Part shown: positions 1-21,030 of the stretch, one piece after another
How positions within the stretch are numbered: position 1 is the stretch's first letter
Layout of the letters: each line of letters begins with the position of its first letter
Assembly: GCA_964057225.1 (NCBI GenBank)
Contig: OZ059896.1
Location: 15,438,001-15,502,000, forward strand
Reading direction: 5' to 3'
DNA: 64,000 nucleotides
Source of the DNA: Auanema rhodensis
Lineage: Eukaryota > Animalia > Nematoda
The notes under the pieces: generated by a model
What the model was told of the DNA's origin: nothing
Databases searched by the model: none
What the model saw: the letters and a program-made list of their open reading frames with translations, nothing else
Made by a program: the position numbers and the translations under genes

Positions 1-33
1 TTTACTTAGTTTTCTATTTGTTTTAAATTTTAG

Positions 34-1615
34 ATTTTCTAACAAATTGATTGGGGATAATTTTTCAAATTACTCAGCATGGCATTACCGTGTCACTCTC
101 CTTCCTAGAGTGAAAGATGAGGCTGCCAGTATTTCAGGAGCATATCGTATGGATGAAACAACTCTTGGAGAGGAACTAAAGGTGAAAGTTGACAGCATTG
201 TTTTTAAAAATTTGTTAGTTTAGAAAGTTACATCGGCCTTCTACACTGATCCTGATGATCAATCTGCTTGGGTTTACACTCGATGGCTTTTGGACATTAG
301 CTCAGATAAAGAATGGAGTTTGTTTTTGCTTTCAGCAAACTGTTTGCATTTTTAAATTGTAGTGTTGCCTGATTCTCGTTTACCCTCAGTACCTTTGAGC
401 GTTACTTTCAATGGTGATAAAACAACTCTTGTTATGTCTCGAGCTTGTACTGCGGAGGTTGTAGCTTCATTTATTAGAGCGAATTCTGAAGGAAATTTCA
501 TTCCAGTAAGAATGATTTGTTGGCACAACCATTAGAGAAATTAAATATTTCAGTATTCTGCCTACTCTAAAAACCCCAAATCTTCAAAAACATGGCACTT
601 TACTTCGAAAACCCCTGTTAAGGTTATAGGCAATGGTTTTGATGTTTCAGATCATGATTGTGCCTCAGGACCATACATTAATAAGGTATGCTGTTCTGAA
701 TCCACTGTAAATACGCAATCATATTTAGAATGCCTTTTACATTGCATTCGGTGTTGAAGCTCGAAATAAAAATAATGCAATTGCTACATTAACTAAAAAC
801 TGCGCTGAACTCATTGAGTTGGAGCCTAATAATGTGGTAAGTTGAGAATTTTTCAAAGTTTTAATGTACCATACGCATTTCAGTGGGCATTGGCAATGTA
901 CAATCAGTGTTTGATTGCTACAGATCCTGTTGCAAATCATGAAACTATTATGTCTAACTTTAATAAATTGGCTAATGAACTGGATACGAAGCGTAAACAA
1001 GTAACTATTAAATTTTAATTGTTTTCCTACTGATTCTTCACTTATAGATGTACATTGCTATGGCATGTCGCGAGCTATTAAATGAAACTTTAAGAGCAAA
1101 AGAGGAAAATGGTAAAAGTTTATTGGATAACATTCTAGAAGGAACACAAAAGAGATTAGTTATTAGAAACAAAGAGATCACAAGGTACCATTTTTCCTCT
1201 CATAGCTGTTATTTTTTTTTTTTAAGTTTGGACGGCGTAGAACTTCTTGCTGGCTTTATTACTGAACTTGAAGCTCCTGGCAATTGCCTTCAATCAGTTG
1301 GAGATATAGTTCTGCCAAATCTTGAGTTTTTAGATGTGAACGAAAACCAAATCAAAGGGTTCGTAGCCCGTACAGTATAATCATGTAATCAAATGTCTTT
1401 TCAGTATTGATGATTCTCGAATTTTCTCCAATTTACGTTTCCTCTCTGTTGCGGGTTGTCCTATCAAAGAAACAACTGATGTCATTGCCGCCTTGAAGAA
1501 TATGCCTCATCTAGAAAGATTTTTATTTGCCGAAACCGAGCTGAGTCAAAAAGAAAACTGTCAAAAATTAAACGAAGAATTGCCGAATTGTAGACTAATT
1601 CCACATTGGATGTAA
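34..1615 (+). CDS. Rab geranylgeranyltransferase alpha subunit (RABGGTA-like), 3' part; gene starts upstream of window
   Basis: Spliced exons give prenyltransferase alpha repeats (NFSNYSAWHYR; AFYTDPDDQSAWVY) followed by LRR-like C-terminus (LPNLEFLDVNENQIK); stop TAA 1613-1615. Confidence 0.85.
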
Positions 1616-1986
1616 AAGTAAGGTGATGTTCTTTTTTTGTATATTTCTGTGATATCGTTTTCTCAAACTGATACATCATGTTTTTAGATGTAAATAAAAA
1701 TTGCAAGAAGCTTGTAATGTTTTCAATGAAACTTTTTCGATGTGTATCCAATAGAAGAGCACAAATGAATAGAGCCAGCCAATTGATCAGTTTTATGAGA
1801 ATTGATAAGGGTACCTTTTACATGACATCAACGTATTTGACTGGTCCACTCACTAATCTAGCTAGTTTTCATCAGAAGCAGTTTACTATTCATTTCATTT
1901 TTTGATTTAAAGGTCGTATTTGATAATGAGGGATCCATTAACTAAACATTAACTAAAGAAATTATTGTTAATTATTGTATTTAAGG

Positions 1987-6262
<4,276 letters not shown>

Positions 6263-7940
6263 AAGGAACTCTTTAAATGATAGAAAAGAAATGTTCTTAT
6301 TCTTTATTGAAAAATTATTTTAAATTAGATTTTAAACAGTACTTTACAATCTTACAACCATTGATTCTTTTACAATTAGAATGACGATAATCGATATGAC
6401 AGGTTAAAATTGGCGATCTTTGTTTTTAGGCTCAAGTTCATAATCATTAAGTCTTCAACAACAAAAAAACAACTTTAGCGGTTTCTTTTGGTTTTTTTTA
6501 AAATATTATTGGCATTTTAAAAGCTATATAACAAGTTGTAGATAATTCATAAACATATATAAAATATCAAGAAAATGACTTCATTGAAAGGAGAATTTGA
6601 GAAAAAAAAATAAGAAGAATGTGAATGTAATGTGCTAAATTTATCAGAATATGATTATTGTTGATTTAAATTTGAAGATGTTTCTAGATGCTCATGCACA
6701 AAGGACATATTTAGTTTAATAGGAAGTGAGAAAGCAAGAGAGTTCGTGGCAACCTTTGACATCAACTCTTTCTGATCTCTGAAGCAAATGACGTTTATAT
6801 GTTATGGGATTTAATCAGATTCACAATTTTGACAGACTTAATTGCATGACCTTGTATAGTATTACATATAATGTTATTGAAAGAGTTATAATCATGAGTT
6901 TTATGTTGAAGGATTATTTTGAAAATGGTTGCCCCGTCGTTGTCGTTCGCAACTTTCACGATGTCACGAAGAAGATATTAATGTGAAATTCTTCGTTTTC
7001 ATCACCATCTCATATAAGACAGCTGTAGCTCAAATCTCTGATCATTTTTTGTCATTTGAAGAAAAATATTTAACAATATCATTGGTTTTTTCAATCCAGC
7101 CCATCCCATACTATCTATTAATGGCTGGAAAAACTGAAAGTGAGAAGAAAGGTTGCAAGTCAAAGGACTTGTTTCAAACAGTATTTTTTTCTATTTTCGT
7201 GTTGATTACCCGAGGTTTTGTGGTCAAAAACAGCATTGAACAGTAAGAACAGCTGCCTGTAACTAGGCATAAACATACGCCATACACATACATACATTGA
7301 TGGGAATTTATTTTTGGGAGTCTTTCAACAACTCCGATTGACTTCAATTTGTGTCAATGGATATTATATGCTCATTGATTCTTCCATCTTCATTCATAAA
7401 CATTACTTTACAATAATTTTAACCTTATACTCATATAAAGTTTTTAAAAGGTGGAAAAGACCACTTCAGAATTAGGATATTTTGAATTATTGTTAAGTGA
7501 TACAGTGAAAAGGGCATTTCAAATGTCAAAAAATGACGACAACTATCAGACCACAACGCGTTTTACAACTTCGGTGCCGGTCATATATAGCCTTGCTAAC
7601 AGCCGGGCCAAACAAAGAATCCAAATTTTGTTTGGAGACACTCCGGAGTGATGGCACCTGCGGATTATCAAGCACTATCTCATCTATGCTTAAGTTCTTT
7701 CTCTCTTTTCTTCGTCACTTCTTCATCAATTGAATAGCTATTAGCTCTTTACCGTATTCCTCCTTTTTATATCAGAAATAATGTTAATCGCTGAAGTCCA
7801 GTCCAAGTTTCTCAAAAATCTACTGTTAGATACATTCACTCTCCCATTCCTCTTCTCTTTCACTCAATTCATTTCTCTTCCGAATTGTTACCTTTTTAGC
7901 TAAAACCGTACAACTAAAACTTTTCTTGTTTTGTAGAATC

Positions 7941-9244
7941 ATGACGCGCGCTTCTCTACCAAAAAGAATCTGGCTAACAATCGTCTTTATTGTTCAATAC
8001 ATATTTGCATTCACCTTCAAAGATATTCCAAGATGGATGTACACTCGAAGAAAGAATGTTGAAGACAAGGCTAGATCTTATACTATCTTCTTAATTAATT
8101 TTTTTGTTTTTTAAGGTAATTGTTATAACAGGAGGTGCAATGGGTATTGGAAAAGAAGTTTCCAAAATCTTTGCTCTCCAATATAGAGCTAAAGTTTGTA
8201 TTTTGGATATCAACGAGGTTGCGATATTATGGTTACAACAACCTCAGTAAATTTATTTTCAGAAAGAAGGGTTGAAGACAATTGATGAAATTACTTCAGC
8301 AGGAGGTGAAGCCTACTTTTATAGATGTGACATTTCCGACTACGATAACATTCAAGAAGTATCACAGAGCATCTATCAACATCCTCGCTTAGGTACAGTT
8401 TGTCAAATTCATATCCGTTCACTCATTTCTATATATGCTTTAGGATTTGTTGACATTTTGGTTGCGAATGCAGCTATATTGAAATTCGGAGAACTGCTTG
8501 ATATATCTGCAGAAGATTATAAACTTAGTACAAATATTAACGTATTAGGACAAATTTATGTAAGGGAATTGGATGTTCATCAGCAATTATTTCTTTATTT
8601 ATAATATTTCAGACAGTTAAAACATTCATACCTAAAATGATTACTGCTAATTGTGGTCATATTGCAACTGTTGGCTCAATATGCAGTTTCTATGGAGAAT
8701 ATTGTGGGACAGCATATTGGTATGTTATCCATGAAATACATGCTTCATAACTCACTAGCATATATACTCATTAATAATCTTACAGTACTAGTAAATTTGC
8801 TGTTCGTGGCTTCATGGAAGCTCTTCAGATGGAACTGATGGAGAAGAAACTAAATAATATTCAAATTACTAATATTCATCCATATTTTGTAAAAACTAAT
8901 TTGATTCAAAATCTTGAGGAACCTCATAGCACGTATGTTTCATCCGACATAACACAGAAAACTAAAATGTTGTTCAGATTCTTCAATGTAGTCTCAGTCG
9001 AAAGATGTTCGCGTGAAATTGTTGACTCCATTTTGAAAGAGCGAGTTGTTCATTTTATCCCAGGTGGTATTACATTCCTCTGCCTTTTCCTTAAATGGTA
9101 TTTTAACTGAAATATTTTTTTCTATATAATCTATAACGATTACGTTTCAGCTTAGCTACAAAGAATACATTGGCTTTGGGGCGCAAACTATTCAACTTTA
9201 CATATGAGACGAAGACAAAATTGCCACCAACCAAAATAGTTTAA
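7941..9244 (+). CDS. Short-chain dehydrogenase/reductase (SDR16C/retinol dehydrogenase-like)
   Basis: VIVITGGAMGIG Rossmann motif, VDILVANAA, YCTSKFA catalytic YxxxK, IHPYFVKT; N-terminal hydrophobic anchor. Confidence 0.92.
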
Positions 9245-10365
9245 TGTTTTTCAAGATTGTTCCAATTATATTTATTTTATCAATACGTGTATATTTTGAT
9301 TCATTAAATCTTATTTATTAACATGATACACATATTTTTATTTATCTCATATTTAAAAAATGATGAAGTAATCAATCAAATAAAAAGCAAATCTAAAAAT
9401 AACACGATAATGTTAAAATTAGATTATCATCAATTACAAAATTTATTATTATTTAATTACAATGGATTATCAAGTTTGATGGACTAACATATTTCATTCG
9501 AACGTGTTCAAACATGCACGCGAAATTAGCATTAGGTGCGTTTTCATTTCTAGTGTCATGCACTGGTAGAACGGTTGTTCTCTTGTTTAATCGGTAATGC
9601 ACAGCAAGTTTTCTATATTTCACATAATCATAGAAAGTCATTCCATTTTTAGAAGTTCTCCTAACATGTAATTTAGCTGCTTTACAATATTATCATATTG
9701 CTAGTGATTAAGTACACTTAAGAACTATAAGATCAGAAGTACAGTAATTCCAAAGGAGAAGTGAAAATATAAAATTTGAAGATAAGGGAAAACTAAAACC
9801 ACAAGTCTGAATGAAAGTAAAATCTAATTTTAAGAAATTTGTAGTGTTAAAAAACATTTTTTTACAGCAATACACTGATGGATATCAACATATAATTAGT
9901 CATTTTTTTGAGGGATAGCTCTATTTTCTGTCAATAAGAGAGCAAGTAAGTTACTATGTACCGAAGATTCCTCATCTCTACTTTTGATTTTTTCACAATA
10001 CGTCCATATGTGGTCTACCACGTTTGCTTGTCTTTTTGTTTGTTTTTCTCTCACATCTCTGGTCATTCTCAATCTCATCAGCATTATTCTCTTGCTCTTT
10101 CTTTTTCATATTTCCCGTAAAGACATCCCTTCATCTTCATAGTGCTTGTCTCTGCTTACTTCCATTCGCGCTTCTGTGCGCTAACAGAAAGACAGACGAC
10201 AAATCACTGTCGCACAATTGGGAGGAGGAGAAGAAGAAGGAAGCAGCTTTACGGTCTCAACCATCAGTCTTCGAACGACGTCGACTCCATCTCAGTTTCC
10301 GAGCAATCCGTTATAATACTTACAGTCAACTTTTCCATTTATAATACGCAAGAACTTCTAATTGA

Positions 10366-12069
10366 ATGCATCAATTTTCTTTCGCATATCACTCAGCATA
10401 CGTCAGGAATTGGAGAGTACTAGGAGCAATCTGGGTTCTCTTCGCTCTCAGTGCAAGTAAGTCTTCTTCCATTACACTATGAATCTATTTAATTACTACC
10501 TTCAGCAATTCTCCAAATTCTAGTATTCATTCATCCTGCATGGATAGGAAACGATGAAGGTGGCTATTTCGGGTTGTATGATTATTGCAGCACCACAGAA
10601 TGTACATGGAACATCTTCAGGTTAGAAACGTGATTCGTAAATGTAAAAAAGTTTAAACTTTAGGGTTCGACCTCTGAGTTTCCCTTTCGAAGTTTCAGCT
10701 TTTTTAGTTCTAGCAGCAACTATTCTTACGATTCTAGCGGTATTCTCTATATTGGTAGTAAAAAAGTATATGTTTGAATCGTAACCATTGTCAATTTTTA
10801 GCTTTTAATTCTATTACGTGATAGATATGTCTTCCTCCTCTGCTCGTGGATGCACTTATTCAGCTGTGAGTTGTATTAATCATTAAATTCTGCTTAAACT
10901 GTCAATTCAGTCGTTGCAATGTTGACGGCTTGTACACTCTACCCCTACGGCTGGGAAAATGCGAATGTTCGCGAAATTTGCGATTCGAAGAAGTTTGCTA
11001 TCTCTAAACAATTTTTTTAACATTCGACAATAGATATAACATTGGAATATGTCATCTCCGGTGGCCTTATCTATTAGCGCTTGTGTTGGTTGTTGACCAG
11101 CTCTGCTTGTCACTGTTAGGATTCGTCTTAGCTTGTCGTCAGCCACCTAACATCCCTGAAGTACACCCATTTGCGAGTAAGTTACAATTCTATAATATTT
11201 TTCTTTACCGAAATATGCTATTCCCCTTTCTATATTGCAAATTTTGCTTCAAATTGATAAACGTTGCGAAACCATTAAACCCCCTTATCACTGACTAGTT
11301 GCTTGTTGAAATATCTCCTTTTTGCTACAACAAGAGGTTGTTATTTAAGAGTGAGACAAAAGAGGTGTAAATACAACACAATTTGGAAGCTAGATGATTT
11401 TAGATAGCTTTGTCAACAAACAATGCGAGAGAGAGAACCAACGTGGGAGAGATAGTTACCACACCACTGACCATGACGACTTAACATAGTTGCTGTTATA
11501 AAAGCCATGTCTAAATTACTCCTTTACGAATACTTTGAGAAATACTCCATAATAACAAGTGAGTACGACCCAGCCATCTTTATCATTTGTGAGCATTACC
11601 GGCTTTTAAAATAGAATAGAAAGTTCTTTCCTATGGTTCAAAGTTTAATAACTGTATTCGTAATTGAAGAATTGAACTAGACCGCATCTTTAACCATATT
11701 AAATCAATTGACAGCAAACTTATTGTTTGATCAAAGGCTACACAAACCTCTGATGACACCTCTGGGCGTTTTAAAGAATACGTCATCGATTACATCTACC
11801 GAAATAAATTAAAATCATAGCTTATGATTTTTTCTTTTAAACTTAAGCTTTAAAAAGGAAAATCTATTCTCTTTTTGGTTAACAAATACACTCGCCAAAT
11901 TATATCTATAAATAACTGATATCAATGTATTATCAGTTCATTGACAATATCTTCAATTTTATTTCATTATTAAACAGAAATAATTTCAGTTACAAGTGAT
12001 TTGAAACCAGCCCCTCGAGCCAGGCCTGAGTCTTGCTATTTCAATAACATGAGAAAAGTTGAGCTTTAA
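10366..12069 (+). CDS. LHFPL/TMHS tetraspan membrane protein
   Basis: Exons give YVRNWRVLGAIW, PAWIG..GYFGLYDYC, YPYGWENANVREIC, YNIGICHLRWPY; putative last exon 11990-12069 after an ~0.8 kb intron (less certain). Confidence 0.85.
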
Positions 12070-13042
12070 AAAATATATTCCAAGTTTGTAAACAATGTTT
12101 CTGTGATTATAAATACTTTTCGTTTGAGTCATTCAAGTACAGGCAGGCACTCATAATACTGTCACTTTCAATCCTTTTTCTTTTGAAATTTTGAAATTAA
12201 AATTTAAAACAGCGAAACCATTAATTAGCTCAATTTATTCATTTAAATCATATTATAAAGGTAAGCAGATCCTATGGACAAGATTAAGGAAGGTTTTCAC
12301 AGCAATCAGCTAATAACACATAAATGACGTAAATAAAGTTGTAAAAAGTTGTTACTCGAGTCTTATTATTTTTCTAATCTAAGGTTGAAAAAATCGTCAA
12401 GCTTATAATACACATGTTAAAGTGCAAAACTGAATAGAAAAAATATTCGAAAGTATTCAAACCTACGTATCTTTTACATAAAAGCTTAGTAATCGATAAT
12501 TGAGAACCTTCTAGATGTCCGCACTCCCTATATAAAGGAATATGTATGTTATCAGTCAGTGAATATAATTTCACAATTTTTTTTCTCGAATTTTTCCTAT
12601 TATTCAGATAGGAAGCTACCTTGCTCACAAGGAATATTCAATTTACCAATTCTATACTTCTTCATAAAACCAAAATATCTTGGTATGTTTAAATATATTA
12701 GCTATCTTTTTGGATATCTTCAAATTTAAAACAAAATTGTACTAAACTGCTAAATTGATTTTTAAATATTCTTCAAGAGTTACAGAGGGGGGGTTAAGTT
12801 TTCAACATTAAAGCATATATCAAAACTAGAATTTGAAAATATAAAATGACAGAATTATTATTCAAAAAGCACAAGTAAAGAATCTTATCATTTTATAACT
12901 TACTATTTCGGACTCTATTCGCAATTTCTGTACCCCTGCACTTTTTTAAAAACCTGATTTTTTTAAAAACCTACTTTACATATGATCCTCAAACATTTTT
13001 AGTTCCAAAGTACAATGACTAACACACGCAGTGCTTTCGCCT

Positions 13043-13157
13043 GTTCTAGAACAAAATAGAATCTTCGAAATCGCGCCAGAATTGAAAAAAGGCGGGGCTT
13101 GTTGTGTGCGCGCTCTCAAACATTCTTCGCGAAATTTCGGGCGGCAGAATTCGAAGC
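13043..13157 (+). promoter_or_regulatory. Heat-shock element-like nGAAn/nTTCn cluster upstream of hsp-1
   Basis: TTCTAGAA (13044), GAATCTTC (13059), GAATTCGAA (~13147) about 250-350 bp upstream of the HSP70 ATG. Confidence 0.55.
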
Positions 13158-13395
13158 ATGGTGGTGCATATACGTCAACTCAGTTGAACATCGCAGTTGG
13201 CCTAAGTCGTCTTATCTTTAATTACCTTATCTGAATAAGAGTCAAATAATTTATTAGTTTATCTCCTTGTTCGTTTATCACTGTTTCTCGAGCTCTTATC
13301 TTTTATGAAGATAAGAAGTTCAGTTTTTTTTGGTTTAATTTGTGTTACTTTTTCAAAGTTTGCTAAATTTACGGAATTTCAGCTAGTGCCTCAAA

Positions 13396-15625
<2,230 letters not shown>

Positions 15626-16737
15626 TTTTTTTTTTTTTGGATCTCAACTTTTTTTTTATATTTAAAAATATGTTATAAATTGTTTGAATCACGATAAAAT
15701 GTTGACCTATCATTACTTTCTCTTTTCTGCAGGATTTCAACGAGAATTTTGCAACATTAGGAATACATAGACAGAAGGGATTCCCCAAGATAAGAAGTTG
15801 TCCTTGAAAAACGTGTATTATCATGGGAAAAAATGATGGTATCAATGATTTGTTATATCTTATCAATAGTATTTGCAGTTGTTAAGTGGTGGGTAGGGCC
15901 ATTTGCATGTTCAATAGGTAGCACCTGGTTTTGAAACATGAATGTTAACGGTTTTAATTTGTGTATTTAGTGACAATGACACATTATTCTTAAAGGCTAC
16001 AACAATTACAGCAATTTGATGTTTTTCCGGGTCATCGTTCTCTACAATTCATGGACTTGAAAGTAGTAATGAGTGATCACGGTTGAGCAATAATCGAGAA
16101 TTTTACGAAAAACGTAATTAGCAGAAGAATAAGGAGAATTTCATGAAGGACAAAGTCTCCAACTTCGTTGAAAAGAGAGGAACAGAACTAAACTGATGAA
16201 ACAACAGATGAAATCACCACTGTAAATATTCTGGAAAAAATCATTGTATGCGTTGAGGTAGTAGTTAAGAAGATAGATACATTTCATAATTGACGTAAAC
16301 TTGATGGCATCTTTAGGTTTTGCAATTCTTTTGTTTAAATAATTGGTAGCTTTTTGATCTCATGAGTTTGTTAATAGCCAAGGCGTGTCACTCTCTGTGG
16401 TTTCTTTATTATACAAGTTTTATCAAGTTCCACATTAATCAAGTTTGATAGAGTTACCCAGTCTGGTTAGGCCCTAACTACTTTACAGCATTTAGTGTTA
16501 GTTGTAAAATTTTTACCTTGGATTGTAGTTCACACTTACTCGTTGAGATGTAAATAGAAATGTCAATATAAGAGTTAAAACTCCCGAAGTTCATTGGATT
16601 ATCATCAAAGAGTAGTCCAAAGTTCACTATTTTATTCTGTACTATTCTTATTCTTATCAGCGATAAGTTCAAAAGTGTGTTCAATAATTTATTAAACATG
16701 ACCAAATGTAATATATCCCTAGTATTGAGTTTTTTTA

Positions 16738-19656
16738 TTAAGGTTGGCAAGTGTCTCTGACATTTTTTTCAGTTTTCTTGTCTTGAGCATTGAGATCAAG
16801 AGGAACCAAACGCCTATAAAACCCTAAAACAAGGAGTGTGGCGAGACCCACAGTTCCCAGTTGAGTGACCATAATGTATTTGTATCCACTTCTTTCAAAT
16901 AAGGCTCTGAAAAAACCGTATAAAACTTCATGCATGAGCCTCTAGTGTGAGGAATTAAGCTGCATGACTTACGTGGCCACGATTGGTGAGATGAATTGTG
17001 CTAAACTTCCACCTAATGAGTGAAGCCCTTGCATACCGCCCTATATCCGAATATATAGAAAACAGGAAGAAAACAAGAAAAAAACCTGTCGGCGAGGGCC
17101 TAGAACTTCAGAGAACAGAGTTCCAGATGGAGAGGTGACGAAGGGGAAGGCTAATCCGTAGAACACGACGTATCCAATCATATAGACACTCTTTGGAATT
17201 TGCACAGTTTCGGAGCACCATTCGAACTGTGGCATGCATCCACCAGATTCGTCCGTAGAATTACCTGAATTATTTGTTTTGTACTTGATGAACATTGAAA
17301 GACGCCTACCTGGCACTATATACTTAAGAGGACCAGAATAGAATGGCCAAGGTAAATTAGTAAGATGGAAGAGAAGGAAGAAGGCTAATCCAAACAGAAT
17401 TTGAATTCTCTTTTCACTGAAACATAGGAACATGATTGAACTTGGCATGAATCATAGATTAACAGTACATTTTTCCTATTCTAGTATATCCTATAACAAC
17501 GTTAAAGGTTACTGATACGAGACAAGATAAGGCTTGAAGAATGGCATTGTATGTTACTGCTTCACTATCATTCCAAGCATACATGGCAACAGTCCATGGA
17601 GTGGAAATTCTGAAAAAAAAAGTGTTTTGTTGTAAGATGAACTATTCTCCTTACACTTCTATATTCGTAGCTATCATATTAATAACCATCCACAAGTAAA
17701 TACAGATGAATGCAGAAATTACATCAAATGGAGGAATTACGAAATCGCCTGAAAGTTGTAGGATATGTTTCAGATTCGACAGGTTGCTTAGTTACCGCTT
17801 TCACTATCTACAGACTTCTCCATTATACCCGAATAATCTTCGGCAAAAGAGTACTGCATGACAAGAATTGATACAATTGAGAGGAGTACCATAAAATATC
17901 CTGGTAAGGTATACATATTCAGATGTAATGAAAGGAATACAACTCCTTCTTCTCCAAATGGAGTGAATAAAGCCTGCAGATATGCCAAGGATCATGAAAT
18001 TGTTTAAAATTGTAAAATCAAACTTGAACCGCAGGACCAAGTGATAATCCGAGGACATATCCCGCAGTTCCGAAGGAGATTGCTTTCAATCTATCAGCTG
18101 GTACAGAGGCCATGGAGAGGTAGGCTCTTAGTACAGATAAACATCCTTCAAAATTCTAACGATGATATTTCGAACATATTTCATTAAAAATACCTGCTCC
18201 ACACCCTGTTACAAATCTTGCTACAATCATAATCCAGAGCCGATAGGCTGTAAAGGATGGTAGCAAAGCATATGCCAATTGACCTGATACAAAACGTTTA
18301 AGATCGTATGATTTTTAAGAATTACCAATAGCCGCTAAAACCATTCCCAAAGCTACTGGTTTTGTAACCGATAAAGTCTTTTGGTTCCATAATCCAAAAA
18401 TAGGATTAGCCTATAATGCGTAAAAACGTTAAAACGTTAAAACAGAAAATGACTGCATAATCAATAGACAACAAATTGCATAAAGTTTAAAGTAATTTTT
18501 AATATGGATTAAAGGGTTAGTAAATTGTTCTTGGTGGCCTATCATCGGCAACAACAGACTACCGATTAATCCTGTTGCGTCCATAATTCTGCAGACACAA
18601 GGGAAAAGTTCAACTTCAACCAAAATGACGGCATTAAGAACAAAAAGGAAAATTATTGAAATGTTGAATAAAACATAATAGAAATACACAACAACGGAAT
18701 ATTAATATATTTGATACACAAAAATGAGACCAATGTATTTGTTTAACAATCGTTCTTTCTGAATTTTAAAGATTGCCGTGTATATGCATTAATATATATG
18801 TTATAAAATATATAGTTTATACAAATAGATATATGAAATATTTGAAAAAATATCGTTATATAACTCAAAAACTGTAAAAAATTGTTGCTTTAGTTTTATA
18901 CTCACAACCGCATCAGTAGAAGTAGCAAAATGATGTTAATAAATTAAAAATTAAATTAAGTGTTGGAAGAAGAATAATTGAAATTGTTTGAAATCTTTAG
19001 AAAAAAATGTTGCCATTTTAAAGATATTTGGTTGTAATAAATGAAGATTTGTTATAACTGAAGATCAAAGGTGAATAGAGAATTTGTCTGTTTGAGCAAT
19101 CATGCTCAAACAAAACAACTCGAAATTAAAGATTAATAGAAACCAACATCATTATGATATTGAGGGTATTATTCTAGATATTCATTTTCTCATTATAGCC
19201 GTTTATACTATTCTTTCGAGATTTCTTTTTTAATATATCTAGAGATTACTTACTATTGAGCAACCTAAACTGCACGCAGCCACAATCCAACCAAGCATTT
19301 CAATGGAAACCTTAGGCTCTAACTGAAGATATTACTATTTTTTGTTTTTGATTCTCTAAACAACTTACTCTACTCAAGTAAGGCCACATTGACATAAAAT
19401 ATAGCGAAATTTGTATTCCCACAATAAATTGCATTCCAATTGAAATATAGATAGACTTCCATGGCGTTTTTTTTAAATCGGACACAGGTTCAATACTGAA
19501 AGTTACTTGTAAATGCTCGTAAGCTTTGCACAAACATAATGATCATGTAACAAGTCAAAGACATTGTAAGTTAGCATGTTAGAAAATAACTCACGAAGTT
19601 ATGCAATCATCAGATGCCGAGGTAGTTTTCGATTTGGATTGAGTTACTACTGTCAT
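16738..19656 (-). CDS. MFS transporter, MFSD8/CLN7-like nematode family
   Basis: Exons: KTPWKSIYISIGMQF..YFMSMWPYL, LRAYLSMAS, NMYTLPGY, PWPFYSG, GGC..FEWC, TLFSEVLGPRRQ, FYRRLVPL; all junctions GT-AG. Confidence 0.9.
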
Positions 19657-20853
19657 TTTTGGCAACAGAGTTTTGGGAGTCCTAAGTTAGGATGCGGAAT
19701 GGAGACGGCAGACGTGCAGCCAGATTGAGTTTTCGAAATGTTTATATACAGATATGGTAATGAATGATCAAACTCTCATTTTTGGAAAGAAATGATTATT
19801 TGAGACCAATATATTGATATGCACTCAAATACGTCTGTCCTGAATTTTTGATGAGGTCTGCAGAGCACAATCCTATTTTCAAGAGTAAAGGTTGCGCAAC
19901 CAGTATCCGCTAGACTGAAAAAATGGTTAATATATAAGCGAGACTGTGGGTTCATGAAAATCAAAAAAAAAGAGCAAAAAAAGCAAAATACTGAATACAA
20001 GTTCTTAGTTACGAGTGTTTTCTGATATAATTGATTTCATTCAATTTTTAGGTGGCATATTTATATAATTTTTACATTAAACTTATGTTTTTAACATTTG
20101 TAGAAGAACAAGTCGATGATAGAAAATTAAGACCAGTAGTACTGCTATTACAAGACAGTCTAGATGATAGAAGATAACGTGCTTGGGACCACTAACTTCG
20201 AACAGAAACCTAGAAGATTGGATAAACTTAATTTGTACTGTTAAATAGATGTCAAATAGAAGGCTTACATGACTAAGAATATATGTTAAATAGAAGGCTT
20301 ACATGACTAAGACAGGTGCTCTACATCGTACTATGCTTCCACTGAATTAAAATATTCCTTGCATCATACCCTATGAGTTTGTTTTTTAGTTAAGCATAAG
20401 CTCAAATCAAATAGCACCTGCTTCCAAGGACCTAGAACTTAAAAAAAAAGAACTGCAGATATTGGTAAGACGAAAGTTAAGTTGAAAGTTGAAAACTCCT
20501 AAGCCAACGATCCAAGAAATAATCAAGAAGGGAAGAGGGATTTGAGATGTGTCTTTACACCAATCATATTCAACAATACAGCCTCCTTCAGATATTGTAT
20601 AATTCACTCCTAGCAGTTTTAGAAAAAAAAGGATAAAAGTGAAAAAAATGCTATACCTTTTTTAGTGATGTAATTCAAAGAATTTGAATAGAAGAACCAG
20701 GGATATTTTACATTTTTTTTACAATTACAATACTTCCCCACCCATTTGAAATTGTTTACAGTATTTGAAAAAAATATGCTAATAATTTAAAATTTAATTT
20801 TTTTTTCTGAAAAAACTTTTTTTTTACCCACTTTTCTTTTTCGATTTTTCGTT

Positions 20854-21030
20854 ATGGATGTAGCACATATGCACCATGTCCTTCTTTCTCATTTTGAAAG
20901 TGTTGTTTCTGCTCATAAAGCCCACCAAAAAATGTAAGCTGTTCATGGAGAATCTTCTCCAGCATACAGCACATGTAAGAAGTGGTTTGCCCGGTGCCAG
21001 TCAGAAATTCAGTGATTTTGACCTCCAAAA
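20854..21030 (+). mobile_element. Degenerate mariner/Mos1-type transposase N-terminal HTH remnant
   Basis: MDVAHMHHVLLSHFESVVSAHKAHQKM*AVHGESSPAYSTCKKWFAR then frameshifted FSDFDL, matching the mariner HTH pattern (H.LL..F....A..AH..i..VyGe.aps..TC..WF.RF..GDFDL). Confidence 0.7.

Noticed and set aside
6804-7733. Short ORFs between GH31 and SDR
   Set aside because: No motifs, no consistent exon chain; likely regulatory or intergenic
15700-16440. Possible minus-strand pseudogene between hsp-1 and MFS
   Set aside because: Splice-like signals present but no frame gives a recognisable or sustained protein
19084-19118. Hairpin TGTTTGAGCA-ATCA-TGCTCAAACA in the long MFS intron
   Set aside because: Too short for a miRNA precursor and no associated element features
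20697-20712. ACCAGGGATATTTTAC as left terminal inverted repeat of the insertion
   Set aside because: It is the reverse complement of MFS coding sequence (KYPW), not an element end
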